From: an uncultured Spirochaetota bacterium
GTDB taxonomy: Bacteria; Spirochaetota; Brevinematia; Brevinematales; JAOACQ01
Assembly: GCA_963835575.1 (NCBI GenBank)
Contig: CAWIGG010000004.1
Coordinates: 32,001-96,000 of the forward strand
Length of the DNA: 64,000 bases
Direction: 5' to 3'
Shown: one piece after another, positions 40,124-49,589 of the stretch
Position numbering within the stretch: the stretch's first letter is position 1
How the letters are laid out: each line of letters starts with the position of its first letter
Position numbers and translations under genes: made by a program
The notes under the pieces: model-generated
What the model saw: the letters and a program-made list of their open reading frames with translations, nothing else
What the model was told of the DNA's origin: nothing
Databases searched by the model: none

Positions 40124-41947
40124 TTATTTTTCTTTATTGCCTGTTTTAATCTGGCTTAAAACCGTCTGCGCATTATTGATCAATTCGCGGTCTTTAATCA
40201 TGGCGTCTTTATTATTCCTGATCGCTTCCATAAATTTATTCAGGTATCTTTCCGCTTCCGGATAATTATGAATGCTGTAGCCGACCATACCCATTGAATA
40301 ATAAAATGAAAAGTCGGAAAGAGCGGCATTCTGTCTTTCTATCAATTTGCCGATATCATATGCCTTTAAAAGCTTCTGTGTCTGAAGGGCAATATTAAAC
40401 GCCCAGGAAAGATAAGCATAATCATTTCTTTTGAGCTGGATTGTTTTATCAAAAAAATTATCCGCCAGCGATACATAAGGCTGATACTGCAGAGGTATCC
40501 CGCGGGAATACAGCAGGGTAATAACGCTCTGCGCAAGATTGGCATCGAATTTAGACGGGTTATTATTCATTTCATTCGAAAAAGCGGATACCATTCCAAG
40601 TAATTGAGAAGTCGGGTTCTGCTTGAGCGACGTAATAAACCTGTCAAGGCCTTCAAAATTCCTCCAGAGGGGATGTTTTGTATAATCCGGCCTTCCAGAG
40701 CGGTAATGCATCAATTCCGACTTAAGCTGCAAGAGCCATTTATCAGCTTCTTTCATATTTTCAGCCTCATTTTCGGGATTCTTGAAAGAATCAAGTATTA
40801 CAAAACTGAGAGCGAGGGAATACGTGCCCCATGAATTTCTATAAATGGCAAGCGCGTTATTAAGAAGTTCCCTTGCCCTGCCGTCCAGATTCTCAATGCC
40901 GTTTTTCATGAACACAACAGCGATATTATGGAGCATAGAAATTGAATCGCTCCCATAAATCAGGGCGTCGTTATAGCAGGCCATTGCTTTCTGCCAGTTA
41001 TCCTTGATCCTTTTATCTATTTCGGCAAGGATATTTTTACGCTGTTCACGGCTCCGGATGTCCTGCAGTTCTCCTATTTTTTCCCTGTATATTTCACCCA
41101 TCTGATAATCATAATTCATGATAATTTCACGTGAAAGATTATCCCAGAACATGGCGTTCGGCGCATCATGCCAGCGCAGCAGTAAATTGCTGAAATAATC
41201 CCCTTCATGCGGCGAGGGATACATCTTAATAAATGCGACCCTGTCGCCGGTCAGCCTGATAAATCCTTCTTTTTCCATAAGCCTGATTTTATTTATTGTA
41301 TAAGAAATATCAATGGGCCGGTGAAGCCATGAGGCGAACTGTTCCCTGGCTTCCTCGATTGAAATACTCTGCTTCAATTCCAGGTAATCGACAAGGGAAA
41401 ATTCAATGTTCTGCACTTTATACATAATGCCGTAACGCTTGTAATAATAATCGCCCAGGGTCCAGGGCTCCGGCCTCTGCCAAGTCAGGTATACGGGCCT
41501 TTTGCCTTCCCAGTAAGGTATAAAATACGGGTCTTTCGCATCGCGGGGATTTTCATAAAAGGGTTCTTCGCTCATAAACAAATGCGTATCGACAAGATTC
41601 ATCCTTCTCGGCAGAGTCTGCGCGTCATTTATATAGCGCATATCGCCGTATATCTTCTTGAAAATATTCCCTTTCTGATCATAAGGGGTAAGGTCAGGAC
41701 GGAGTTTTTCCGCATATGTAAAATAAAGCGTGCCGAAAACCTGGTTGTCCCCGCCCTCTGTCATGAAAACCGAATCCTCTTCAGTCGATACCATAAGGTT
41801 CTTGCCGTAATCATGATTCAGCCAGTTGAGATGATTGTCATTGTATTTATAATTCCTTATAAATGGAATTAATGACAATAAAACAATCACTATCACTCCC
41901 GCCCATACAAGCGGAGTCAATTTTTCTTCATTATGATCCAATGCCAT
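40124..41947 (-). CDS. DUF2723/TMEM260-like glycosyltransferase, C-terminal (single TM + periplasmic + TPR-like) part
   Basis: TM then NYKYND...DYGKNL...VFMTEGGDNQVFGTLY....KLRPDL, resembling the C-terminal region of DUF2723 proteins; own GAGGTG SD. Confidence 0.75.
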   Translation of the reverse strand: MALDHNEEKLTPLVWAGVIVIVLLSLIPFIRNYKYNDNHLNWLNHDYGKNLMVSTEEDSVFMTEGGDNQVFGTLYFTYAEKLRPDLTPYDQKGNIFKKIYGDMRYINDAQTLPRRMNLVDTHLFMSEEPFYENPRDAKDPYFIPYWEGKRPVYLTWQRPEPWTLGDYYYKRYGIMYKVQNIEFSLVDYLELKQSISIEEAREQFASWLHRPIDISYTINKIRLMEKEGFIRLTGDRVAFIKMYPSPHEGDYFSNLLLRWHDAPNAMFWDNLSREIIMNYDYQMGEIYREKIGELQDIRSREQRKNILAEIDKRIKDNWQKAMACYNDALIYGSDSISMLHNIAVVFMKNGIENLDGRARELLNNALAIYRNSWGTYSLALSFVILDSFKNPENEAENMKEADKWLLQLKSELMHYRSGRPDYTKHPLWRNFEGLDRFITSLKQNPTSQLLGMVSAFSNEMNNNPSKFDANLAQSVITLLYSRGIPLQYQPYVSLADNFFDKTIQLKRNDYAYLSWAFNIALQTQKLLKAYDIGKLIERQNAALSDFSFYYSMGMVGYSIHNYPEAERYLNKFMEAIRNNKDAMIKDRELINNAQTVLSQIKTGNKEK

Positions 41948-42022
41948 AAATCACCTCTTTTCAATTTAAAATCTTCATTTCCGGAATTATATTTCTTTAT
42001 GCGGAAAAAACTCCCGCTGTTT

Positions 42023-42658
42023 TTATTCCATCAATTGAGCCAATTTTTTCAATTTCCCGGGAATATCGGCGGAGCCTGTTATTTCCGTCACCAGCGCTAT
42101 GGTTTTCGCGCCTCTTTTTACAACCTCTAAAATATTCCTTTCCTTAATTCCGCCGATAGCCACAAAAGGCAGCGGGATATTTTCGACTACAAAATCAAGA
42201 TAACTTAAACCAACCGGCTTCGAACCATGCTTCTTCGTATAAGTCTTAAAAATAGGCCCGACGCCGATATAATCAGCCCCTTCCAGAAGCGCTTTTTGCG
42301 CCTGCTCCGGAGAATGCGTCGAAAGCCCTATAATTTTATTTCCTATCAGAGCGCGAACTTCCTTTACCGGCAAATCATCCTGGCCGATATGAACGCCGTC
42401 CGCTCCGACTGCAAGAGCAATATCTATGAAATCATTCACAATAAAGAGTATTCCCTCGTCAGCTGTTATTTTTCTGATTTCCCTGCATTCATCATATTTC
42501 TGACGGAGGGATTTACCGCCTTTTTCCCGGTATTGTATGATTTTAATACCGCCCCGCGCCATTTCGCGGACAACCTCGATATTTTTTCTTCCCTTTGAAT
42601 ACTCTTCGGCTGTGATCCCGTATATGCCCTGCGGCAGTATATTATCCGGCCTGTTCAT
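42023..42658 (-). CDS. thiE: Thiamine-phosphate synthase
   Basis: IQYREK, IVND, DGVHIGQDD, GLSTH, DYIGVGPIF.T.TK, AIGGI. Confidence 0.95.
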   Translation of the reverse strand: MNRPDNILPQGIYGITAEEYSKGRKNIEVVREMARGGIKIIQYREKGGKSLRQKYDECREIRKITADEGILFIVNDFIDIALAVGADGVHIGQDDLPVKEVRALIGNKIIGLSTHSPEQAQKALLEGADYIGVGPIFKTYTKKHGSKPVGLSYLDFVVENIPLPFVAIGGIKERNILEVVKRGAKTIALVTEITGSADIPGKLKKLAQLME

Positions 42659-42665
42659 ATCTTTA

Positions 42666-44096
42666 TTATCCTTTTACAACTCCTATCGGTTTTAAACGCG
42701 CCACTCTATGAGACAATCCGGATTTGCTGATTGATTGAACTACTTCTTCAATATCCTTATAAGCATAGGGCGCTTCTTCCAATACGCCTTCCTTGCTTTT
42801 TGTTTTTAAATATATATTTTTCTTGAGTAAGTCCTGATAGAGATGTTCAAAATCGGTTATCTTTTTGGCCTCTTGCCGCGGCATAGCTCTTCCGGCCCCA
42901 TGGACGGTGGAGCCGAATGTTTTTTCTATCGCTTCCTCCCTTCCGGCCAGAACATAGCTGTATGTGCCCATCGATCCTCCGACTATAACAGGCTGCCCTG
43001 ATACGCGGTATGGCCGGGAGATTTCAGCCAATTTTCCGGAAAAATTACGCGTGGTCCCTTTACGGTGAACAAGCACTTTGACTTTTGAAGCACCGATTTT
43101 ATGAATTTCTTCTTTTATGGTGTTATGACCGAGGTCATACATTGTATTGGTGTCCACATCCTTGATTATATCATTAAAAACGCCATGAATCGCATGGCTG
43201 ATCACCTGTCTGTTCGCGAACGCAAAATTTGACGCGCTCCGGACTGCTCCCAGGAACCTTCTTCCTTCATCTGAATTGACCGGGGCATAAAGAAGCTCCC
43301 TGTCCTTTATAGAGACATTAAATTTATCAGAAGCCTGGGAAAAGAGCGCAAGATAGTCCATCCCGATTTGATATCCAAGCCCCCTTGATCCTGTATGAAA
43401 ACTGACCACAACCTGATTTTTAAAGAGCCCGAATACCCTGGCTTTTTCTATATCGAAAACCTCATCCACAACCTGAAGTTCCAGATAATGATTCCCCGAA
43501 CCCAGTGTGCCCAGCTGGTTTTTTCCCCTTTTCAAGGCTTCTTCGCTCACCGCGTCCGGGTCCGCGCCGCTTAAATATCCATTATCTTCAATAAAATCAA
43601 GTTCGTCTTCTTTGCCCATGCCGCGGTTTTTTATGACCCACTTGGCTCCCTCCAGCAGAACATCCTTTATTTCCTTTCTGGAAAGCGACAGTTTGCCTAA
43701 AGAACCGACCCCGCAAGGAATAGTGCGGAAAAAAGCTTTCATAAGCGTGTCTACTTTTTTTTCAATGTCCTGGTAAATAAGGTTCGTTGTAACAAGCCTC
43801 ACACCGCAATTAATATCAAAACCAACGCCCCCGACGGAAACTATGCCTTCTTTTGCATCAAATACAGCGACACAGCCGTTAGGGAAGCCGTAACCGGAAT
43901 GAGCATCAGGCAAAACTATTGCTTTTTCCAGTATCCCCGGAAGAGAAGCAACATTTTTAAGCTGCTGATATACAGTTTCATCCATACTTTCAACAATAGA
44001 ACGGCTCCCTATTATAAGCCCGTCAACATTCATATCGCCATGCCTGGGGATAAGCCATTCATAATCGCTTACTCTATGCAGGCTTTTTAATTGCAT
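42666..44096 (-). CDS. rtcB: RNA-splicing ligase RtcB
   Basis: PDAHSGYGFP, DINCG, GSGNHYLE, HTGSRG, HRKG, HGAGR, EEAP.AYKD; GGAGG SD before ATG 44096. Confidence 0.95.
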   Translation of the reverse strand: MQLKSLHRVSDYEWLIPRHGDMNVDGLIIGSRSIVESMDETVYQQLKNVASLPGILEKAIVLPDAHSGYGFPNGCVAVFDAKEGIVSVGGVGFDINCGVRLVTTNLIYQDIEKKVDTLMKAFFRTIPCGVGSLGKLSLSRKEIKDVLLEGAKWVIKNRGMGKEDELDFIEDNGYLSGADPDAVSEEALKRGKNQLGTLGSGNHYLELQVVDEVFDIEKARVFGLFKNQVVVSFHTGSRGLGYQIGMDYLALFSQASDKFNVSIKDRELLYAPVNSDEGRRFLGAVRSASNFAFANRQVISHAIHGVFNDIIKDVDTNTMYDLGHNTIKEEIHKIGASKVKVLVHRKGTTRNFSGKLAEISRPYRVSGQPVIVGGSMGTYSYVLAGREEAIEKTFGSTVHGAGRAMPRQEAKKITDFEHLYQDLLKKNIYLKTKSKEGVLEEAPYAYKDIEEVVQSISKSGLSHRVARLKPIGVVKG

Positions 44097-44129
44097 TTCT
44101 TCCTCCGACAGGAAAGAGATAAACCCGAT

Positions 44130-44287
44130 CTGACAGATTATTTCGTTATTCAACTTTTTCGTATCTATTCAATAATTTCCACACCCGCCCATTTCCGGAA
44201 GCACAGAGATATCAATCGAACCATCAGATTACCGGCGGACAAAGACTGAAAGCTCCTGTTCATAAGCTCTTGTTAGAAATCCGTCAG
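44130..44287 (-). ncRNA. Candidate structured RNA or leader upstream of rtcB
   Basis: Nested pairings CTGACGGATT/AATCTGTCAG, TTCAGT/ATTGAA and TCCGCC/GGCGGG plus a side hairpin; family not identified. Confidence 0.35.
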
Positions 44288-44415
44288 TTTAATATAATTA
44301 AACCCAATACGAAACAATCATTTATTTTATAAGAAAATTGAAAAAAAGTAAATAAGTTTTCAAAAATTTGCAAAAATGCCCTGTTAGCTCATACAATATT
44401 AAACGGAGAAATAAT

Positions 44416-45765
44416 ATGCTTGATGCTGAATTTATTGAAAAAAGCCTTAATATTAATTCCTTAAAAATCGGGCATCCCAAAAATTCGCATATTGAGGGTT
44501 TTTCTATTGATTCCAGGGAAATTTCGGAAAATCAGTGTTTTATTGCAATCAAAGGCGAAAAACTGAACGGCCATAATTTTATATATGACTGCTACGCAAA
44601 AGGCGTCCGCTTTTTTATTATTCAAAAAGAATATAAAAATAAAATAAAAAAACTGATTTATAACAGCTTCATATTTCCTGTCCAGGATACAATCGGATCC
44701 TTATCAACTCTCGCAAAAGCGTATAAAAAGCATATCTTCGCGAGCTCAATCGGCATTACCGGAAGCGCCGGAAAAACAACAACAAGGGAATTGATCGGCA
44801 AAGTATTATCTTCAAAATATAATATTCATACGGCAAAAAAGAATTATAATAATGACATCGGCCTTCCGCTGACTATTCTGCAGGCTCCTCCGCAGACTCA
44901 TATCCTTGTTCTGGAAATGGGAATGAACCATAAGGGAGAAATCAAGAGGCTTTCTGAAATAGCAGAACCGCTGGTCGGTATTATTACCAACATCGGCTAT
45001 GCTCATATTGGAATGCTGGGAAGCCTGGAAAATACCGCAAATGCGAAAGCGGAAATATTCCATGGGATTAATCCTCATGGCATGGCCCTGCTGAACCGGG
45101 ACAACAATTATTTTCAATTTTTAAAAAATCTGTCGCCGGTTGAAGTCCTGGACTATGGTTTATCAGACATTACCGTAATCGAAGAAAAAGGGCTTGAAGG
45201 CTACCGCCTTTCTTATAAAAACAGGGAATTTGATTTTCAACTGGCCGGCGCTTATAATCTGTCCAATCTCGCGGCGGCCTTGAAAGCCGGCGAAATTTAT
45301 AAAATCAATCTGGATGAAATGATACAGTCGATTTCCAGCTTCATCCCGGTCAAGGGCAGAAGCGAAATTATCCGCAGAAATTTTACGATTATTCAGGATT
45401 CCTATAACGCCAATCCTTCATCAATGCTTTTGGCCCTGGATATACTCCGCAAAGCAAACGGCCGGCGTATTGCCGTTCTGGCTGATATGCTTGAACTCGG
45501 CCATTTATCACACTCTCTGCATGCCATGATAGGAAAAGACATATCGGAAAACCACTCCGCTGATATCGTGCTGGCATACGGGAGTGATTCCCGGAATGTA
45601 ATCGAAAATATTAAAAATACAAAAATAGAGAAATACTTTTTCCGCTCTCAGGAAGAGCTGATCGATAAACTCAGGAATATTGTTCAAAAAGACGATACTA
45701 TTCTTGTGAAAGCTTCTCATGGAATGCGGCTTGAAAACACGGTGCAGGCGCTAATGCTGCTTTAA
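44416..45765 (+). CDS. murF: UDP-MurNAc-tripeptide--D-Ala-D-Ala ligase
   Basis: IDSR, GITGSAGKTTT, NNDIGLPLT, EMGMNH.GEI, DSYNANP.SM, DMLELG. Confidence 0.95.
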   Translation: MLDAEFIEKSLNINSLKIGHPKNSHIEGFSIDSREISENQCFIAIKGEKLNGHNFIYDCYAKGVRFFIIQKEYKNKIKKLIYNSFIFPVQDTIGSLSTLAKAYKKHIFASSIGITGSAGKTTTRELIGKVLSSKYNIHTAKKNYNNDIGLPLTILQAPPQTHILVLEMGMNHKGEIKRLSEIAEPLVGIITNIGYAHIGMLGSLENTANAKAEIFHGINPHGMALLNRDNNYFQFLKNLSPVEVLDYGLSDITVIEEKGLEGYRLSYKNREFDFQLAGAYNLSNLAAALKAGEIYKINLDEMIQSISSFIPVKGRSEIIRRNFTIIQDSYNANPSSMLLALDILRKANGRRIAVLADMLELGHLSHSLHAMIGKDISENHSADIVLAYGSDSRNVIENIKNTKIEKYFFRSQEELIDKLRNIVQKDDTILVKASHGMRLENTVQALMLL

Positions 45766-45789
45766 ATCCCTATGAATATCTGATAAGTT

Positions 45790-45981
45790 TTACTTTTCTT
45801 TTTTAGTTACAAAATGGTCAAACTTTTTCCAGACATCTTCCGGCCTGTCTTCATCGCAATTTTTGATAGTCAGGTAATAGCAGGGCGATGCATTGGCCAG
45901 AACGCATTTATCTATCTGCATTTCAATCGAACCATCAACATTACATCTCTGAAGATTGCATCTCAGCTGGAGACTTTGCAT
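45790..45981 (-). CDS. Small Cys-rich hypothetical protein (63 aa)
   Basis: Strong AAGGAGGGG SD before ATG; five Cys. Confidence 0.55.
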   Translation of the reverse strand: MQSLQLRCNLQRCNVDGSIEMQIDKCVLANASPCYYLTIKNCDEDRPEDVWKKFDHFVTKKEK

Positions 45982-45998
45982 AAAACCCCTCCTTATTT

Positions 45999-46078
45999 AG
46001 CGGAAAGCAGAAAGCTAAAAGCTGAAAGCAAAGTGCCTTGGTTTCAAGCTTTCAGCTTTGCGCTTTAAGCTTTTAGCT
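45999..46078. repeat. Inverted array of 7-bp AGCxxxx repeats
   Basis: AGCGGAA AGCAGAA AGCTAAA AGCTGAA ... AGCTTTC AGCTTTG CGCTTTA AGCTTTT. Confidence 0.75.
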
Positions 46079-47112
46079 TATATATTCCCCGTAATGCTTA
46101 CAAAACCCCCATAGGCCGAGGAAAAAGCGTCCCCCATAAGTGTATAATAAAAACCTGTTTTATACATGAGATTATTCATGGCAAAATAAAAATAAAGCCC
46201 CAATCTATCGCTTAAAGAATAATTAGATGAAAAAAGGAGCGAATTTTCAGCTCCAAACCCGAAATCGTCTATTTTCGCTCCGAGAGCGATGTAAATGTCA
46301 AAATCATTGCTGATATTTTCAGAGTAGCCGTTATATGATGAAGGCCGTGTAAACAGCGTTAAAGTCTGTTCAAAAAAGCCTACTATAATATGCTCGGTTA
46401 TATTAAGATAAAAAGAATCGGCACTCGGTGTTTGCCCGAACAAGGTGTCCGGCGAATATAGACCCATCATGAAATCCACTTTCCCGAATATAGTCTTGAC
46501 ATAAATTCCGAAACGGTATGCCAGCGTATTATCTAAAGAAGCCTGGTAAATACTGACATTATTTATCCCCGCATAAAGTTCAATAATATAGTGTTCCATT
46601 TTCAGATACCATACAGTATCCATATTTACAAAATTTGTATTTGTATCAGAAGGCTGATAAAAATAAAGATGCGGTTGAAGAAGGTTGTCCATGAGATCCG
46701 CATAAAATTCAAGACCGGTCCCCGATATGTCTTTATAGCCGATATATTCAAGCCCTGTCTTTTGATGAAATTGAAAACCCCTGTAACCGATATCAGCATT
46801 TCCCAGGGTGGTATTTTTACCGAGAAAATAACCGAGATAGAATGATTCAACAGGATTCATATAGATTTTAAGCGAAGATAATCCAATCGTATTTGAAAGA
46901 ATGGAGCTGACATTATAGTTTTTAAATCCCAGTCCGACCTTAACGCCGTATTTAAGGCCTGTGTCTATGAGAGCATCAATCCTGTAGGAGGTAAACATAC
47001 TCGCGCTGGAATTCATTTCAGAATAAACATTAAACTCGGGAAAAAAGATGCTGCTTGAAAATGCTTTCAAGTAAATAATTATAAAGAAAATAATTAATAG
47101 ACTTCTTCTCAT
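46078..47112 (-). CDS. Hypothetical exported protein, possible outer-membrane beta-barrel
   Basis: Signal peptide; alternating aromatic/Gly beta-strand pattern. Confidence 0.6.
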   Translation of the reverse strand: MRRSLLIIFFIIIYLKAFSSSIFFPEFNVYSEMNSSASMFTSYRIDALIDTGLKYGVKVGLGFKNYNVSSILSNTIGLSSLKIYMNPVESFYLGYFLGKNTTLGNADIGYRGFQFHQKTGLEYIGYKDISGTGLEFYADLMDNLLQPHLYFYQPSDTNTNFVNMDTVWYLKMEHYIIELYAGINNVSIYQASLDNTLAYRFGIYVKTIFGKVDFMMGLYSPDTLFGQTPSADSFYLNITEHIIVGFFEQTLTLFTRPSSYNGYSENISNDFDIYIALGAKIDDFGFGAENSLLFSSNYSLSDRLGLYFYFAMNNLMYKTGFYYTLMGDAFSSAYGGFVSITGNI

Positions 47113-47516
47113 GAAGCTCTCCTTTCAAGACTTAAAAATTTATCATTGATTCAAAAAATAATCAAGTATTATCATTTATAGAACAATTCAATAAATATTC
47201 AATCATATTCATCAAAAGCTTAAGAACAGACTAATTACCGCTCGCCGCTTGCTTCCAGCAAACTCTTTCCGATAAATTTTCGACCGGGCTCAGCCTATAC
47301 ACTCCAGGCAGGCTTTTCTGTAACATTGCCGTACAGAACATGGCGAAAGATGCGGGAATTGTATATCGCAAATACATAAGCCATCAATAAATAAAAAAGA
47401 ATGGCCCAATTCAGGCGCCTGTCTAAACAAAAACTTGATTTTTAATAATTAACACACTATATTAAATCGGATTGGGGGGCTGAATTCTGAACTGAGTAAA
47501 AGGCGGATTAAAAGCA

Positions 47517-48263
47517 ATGAAACTGCTCATTTTTAATTACTCGCTTACCGATACCTCTGATCTGGCTATAGATCTCATTCCAATGGGATTGGAGTGTCAG
47601 GAAACAACTTCAAAAGACGAAGCAATTAAAGTCCTGAAAAAAAATAATGCAATGCCAATCTTTCTCACAGAAAATTACGAAATTGATTTTTTAAAACAGG
47701 TTAAGGAAATAAACCCTTCCATCTGTATTTTTTTACTTGTTAAAAATTCCATTAAACCTGATGCCATAAAAAGCCTTTCAACTCTCGGTATCTCTGCAAT
47801 TATTAATTTTTCTCAAAATACAAATCAAATGGCAGAGGAAATAGTCCGCTGTATTGTAACAAGCAACATTCATCCGCAGGATAAAAGAACCCATATCCGT
47901 ATCAAACCGAAAGATTTTGAGGAAATAAAAGGCGCTATTTATCTGAAGAGCCTGAATAAATTTATAAAAGGAAATATTATAGATATCAGCGCGGGGGGAA
48001 CTGCCATTCTCCTTGACGATTCAACGGAAGTTTCGTTATTAAGTCCAAAAACTGTTTACGATCCCCTCATTATCCTGATCAAAGGCGATAGTATTAAAAC
48101 GCTCGCGACGCTGATTGCCGTCAGGAAGAACGCGGCCGGTTTCCGTTTTGATAATGTCGAGGCTGTTGGAATGAGAAAAATAGCGGCATACATCCATTAC
48201 AGAATATCTGAAAACTCAAGGGATCTTCAAAAGAATACTTCAGAACAGCTTAAACAGCAGTAG
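47517..48263 (+). CDS. PilZ domain protein with degenerate receiver-like N-terminus
   Basis: RTHIR (RxxxR) and DISAGG (DxSxxG) c-di-GMP-binding motifs. Confidence 0.85.
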   Translation: MKLLIFNYSLTDTSDLAIDLIPMGLECQETTSKDEAIKVLKKNNAMPIFLTENYEIDFLKQVKEINPSICIFLLVKNSIKPDAIKSLSTLGISAIINFSQNTNQMAEEIVRCIVTSNIHPQDKRTHIRIKPKDFEEIKGAIYLKSLNKFIKGNIIDISAGGTAILLDDSTEVSLLSPKTVYDPLIILIKGDSIKTLATLIAVRKNAAGFRFDNVEAVGMRKIAAYIHYRISENSRDLQKNTSEQLKQQ

Positions 48264-48295
48264 AGACGCACGGCCGTGCGTCTCTACTGCTGTTT
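48252..48295. repeat. GTAG-type REP palindrome (perfect, 44 bp)
   Basis: AAACAGCAGTAGAGACGCACGGCCGTGCGTCTCTACTGCTGTTT. Confidence 0.8.
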
Positions 48296-49500
48296 TAAGT
48301 ATCTAAAATATGCCCCATTTTATTTTTTTTCGTCATCATATATTTTTTATTTATTTCATTCGCCTTGATCACCAGCGGCACCCGTTCCACAATTTCCATT
48401 CCATACCCTTCCAGACCTATTACTTTTTTCGGGTTATTAGTTAATAGCCTGATTTTTGTCAGACCGAGGTCCTGTAAAATCTGGGCTCCGATCCCATAGT
48501 CCCTGAGATCCGCTTTAAACCCGAGCTGGATATTTGCCTCGACCGTATCCAGCCCCTGTTTATCCTGCAAAGAATAAGCCTTAATCTTATTCACAAGCCC
48601 AATACCCCGGCCTTCCTGACGCATATAAAGGATGACGCCGCATTCCTCTTTTTCAATCAATTCCATCGCTTTGTGCAGCTGTTCTCCGCAATCACAGCGG
48701 AGCGACCCCAATATATCCCCTGTAAAGCATTCCGAATGGACCCTGACCAGGACTGAGTCCGATTTTTCTATTTTTCCTTTTATGAGAGCAACATGATCCT
48801 TTTCATCAATATCGCTTCTATAGACAGCAATTTTAAATTCTCCGTGTTTAGTCGGAAGGCCTGCTTCCGCTTCTTTCCAGACATGCTTTTCCTGAGTTCT
48901 CCGGTACTCAATCAATTGAGCGACACTGATTATTTTTAAATTGTGTTTTTTCGCGAATTCTGTCAGTTGAGGCATTCTGGCCATTGTCCCGTCATCATTG
49001 AGAATCTCGCAGATAACACCGACTTCCTGAAGGCCCGCCAGGCGCATCAGATCGACAGCGGCTTCAGTATGCCCGGCCCTCTTGAGAACGCCGCCGAGAC
49101 GTGCTTTTAACGGAAAAATATGCCCGGGCCTGACAAAATCGCTTTTGTCCGCATTTGGGGCCGCCAGTTTTCTGAGCGTTTCCGCCCGTTCAAAAGCTGA
49201 AATCCCAGTTTTTGTAGTATTAGCGTCTACTGAGACCGTAAAAGCCGTACCCCATTTTTCGTTTGTATCTTCTGTCATGATCGGCAAATCCAGTTTTTCA
49301 GCTTTTTCTGCTGTCAAAGGGGCGCAGATAAGACCGCGGGCCTCTTTAATAATAAAATTGATGTTTTCCGGAACAGCCAGTTCCGCGGACATAATAAGAT
49401 CACCCTCATTCTCTCTCGTTTCATCATCAACTACTATAACCATATTGCCTTTTTTTATTTCCGCTATGGATTCCTCAATTGTGTTTAATGCATGAACCAT
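48295..49500 (-). CDS. ribBA: Bifunctional DHBP synthase / GTP cyclohydrolase II
   Basis: [50 protein letters not shown]. Confidence 0.96.
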   Translation of the reverse strand: MVHALNTIEESIAEIKKGNMVIVVDDETRENEGDLIMSAELAVPENINFIIKEARGLICAPLTAEKAEKLDLPIMTEDTNEKWGTAFTVSVDANTTKTGISAFERAETLRKLAAPNADKSDFVRPGHIFPLKARLGGVLKRAGHTEAAVDLMRLAGLQEVGVICEILNDDGTMARMPQLTEFAKKHNLKIISVAQLIEYRRTQEKHVWKEAEAGLPTKHGEFKIAVYRSDIDEKDHVALIKGKIEKSDSVLVRVHSECFTGDILGSLRCDCGEQLHKAMELIEKEECGVILYMRQEGRGIGLVNKIKAYSLQDKQGLDTVEANIQLGFKADLRDYGIGAQILQDLGLTKIRLLTNNPKKVIGLEGYGMEIVERVPLVIKANEINKKYMMTKKNKMGHILDT

Positions 49501-49589
49501 TTCCGACCTCAATCTTTATTTAGTACTTAGGACACTTCTAAAACTTGTGGCGAGTTTTTCGAATCAACCATCAAAATATTTTACATTAA

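Noticed and set aside
42659..44330. TPP riboswitch for thiE, or an archease gene before rtcB
   Set aside because: No CTGAGA/ACCTGA TPP core is visible and there is no archease-sized ORF
45999..46078. Possible CRISPR array
   Set aside because: Units are degenerate 7-mers without unique spacers; no cas genes and no repeat-spacer array were seen in the window
47230..47430. GC-richer intergenic patch as ncRNA or small gene
   Set aside because: Only a ~29-codon ORF without SD, no convincing stems, and no tmRNA, RNase P or SRP hallmarks
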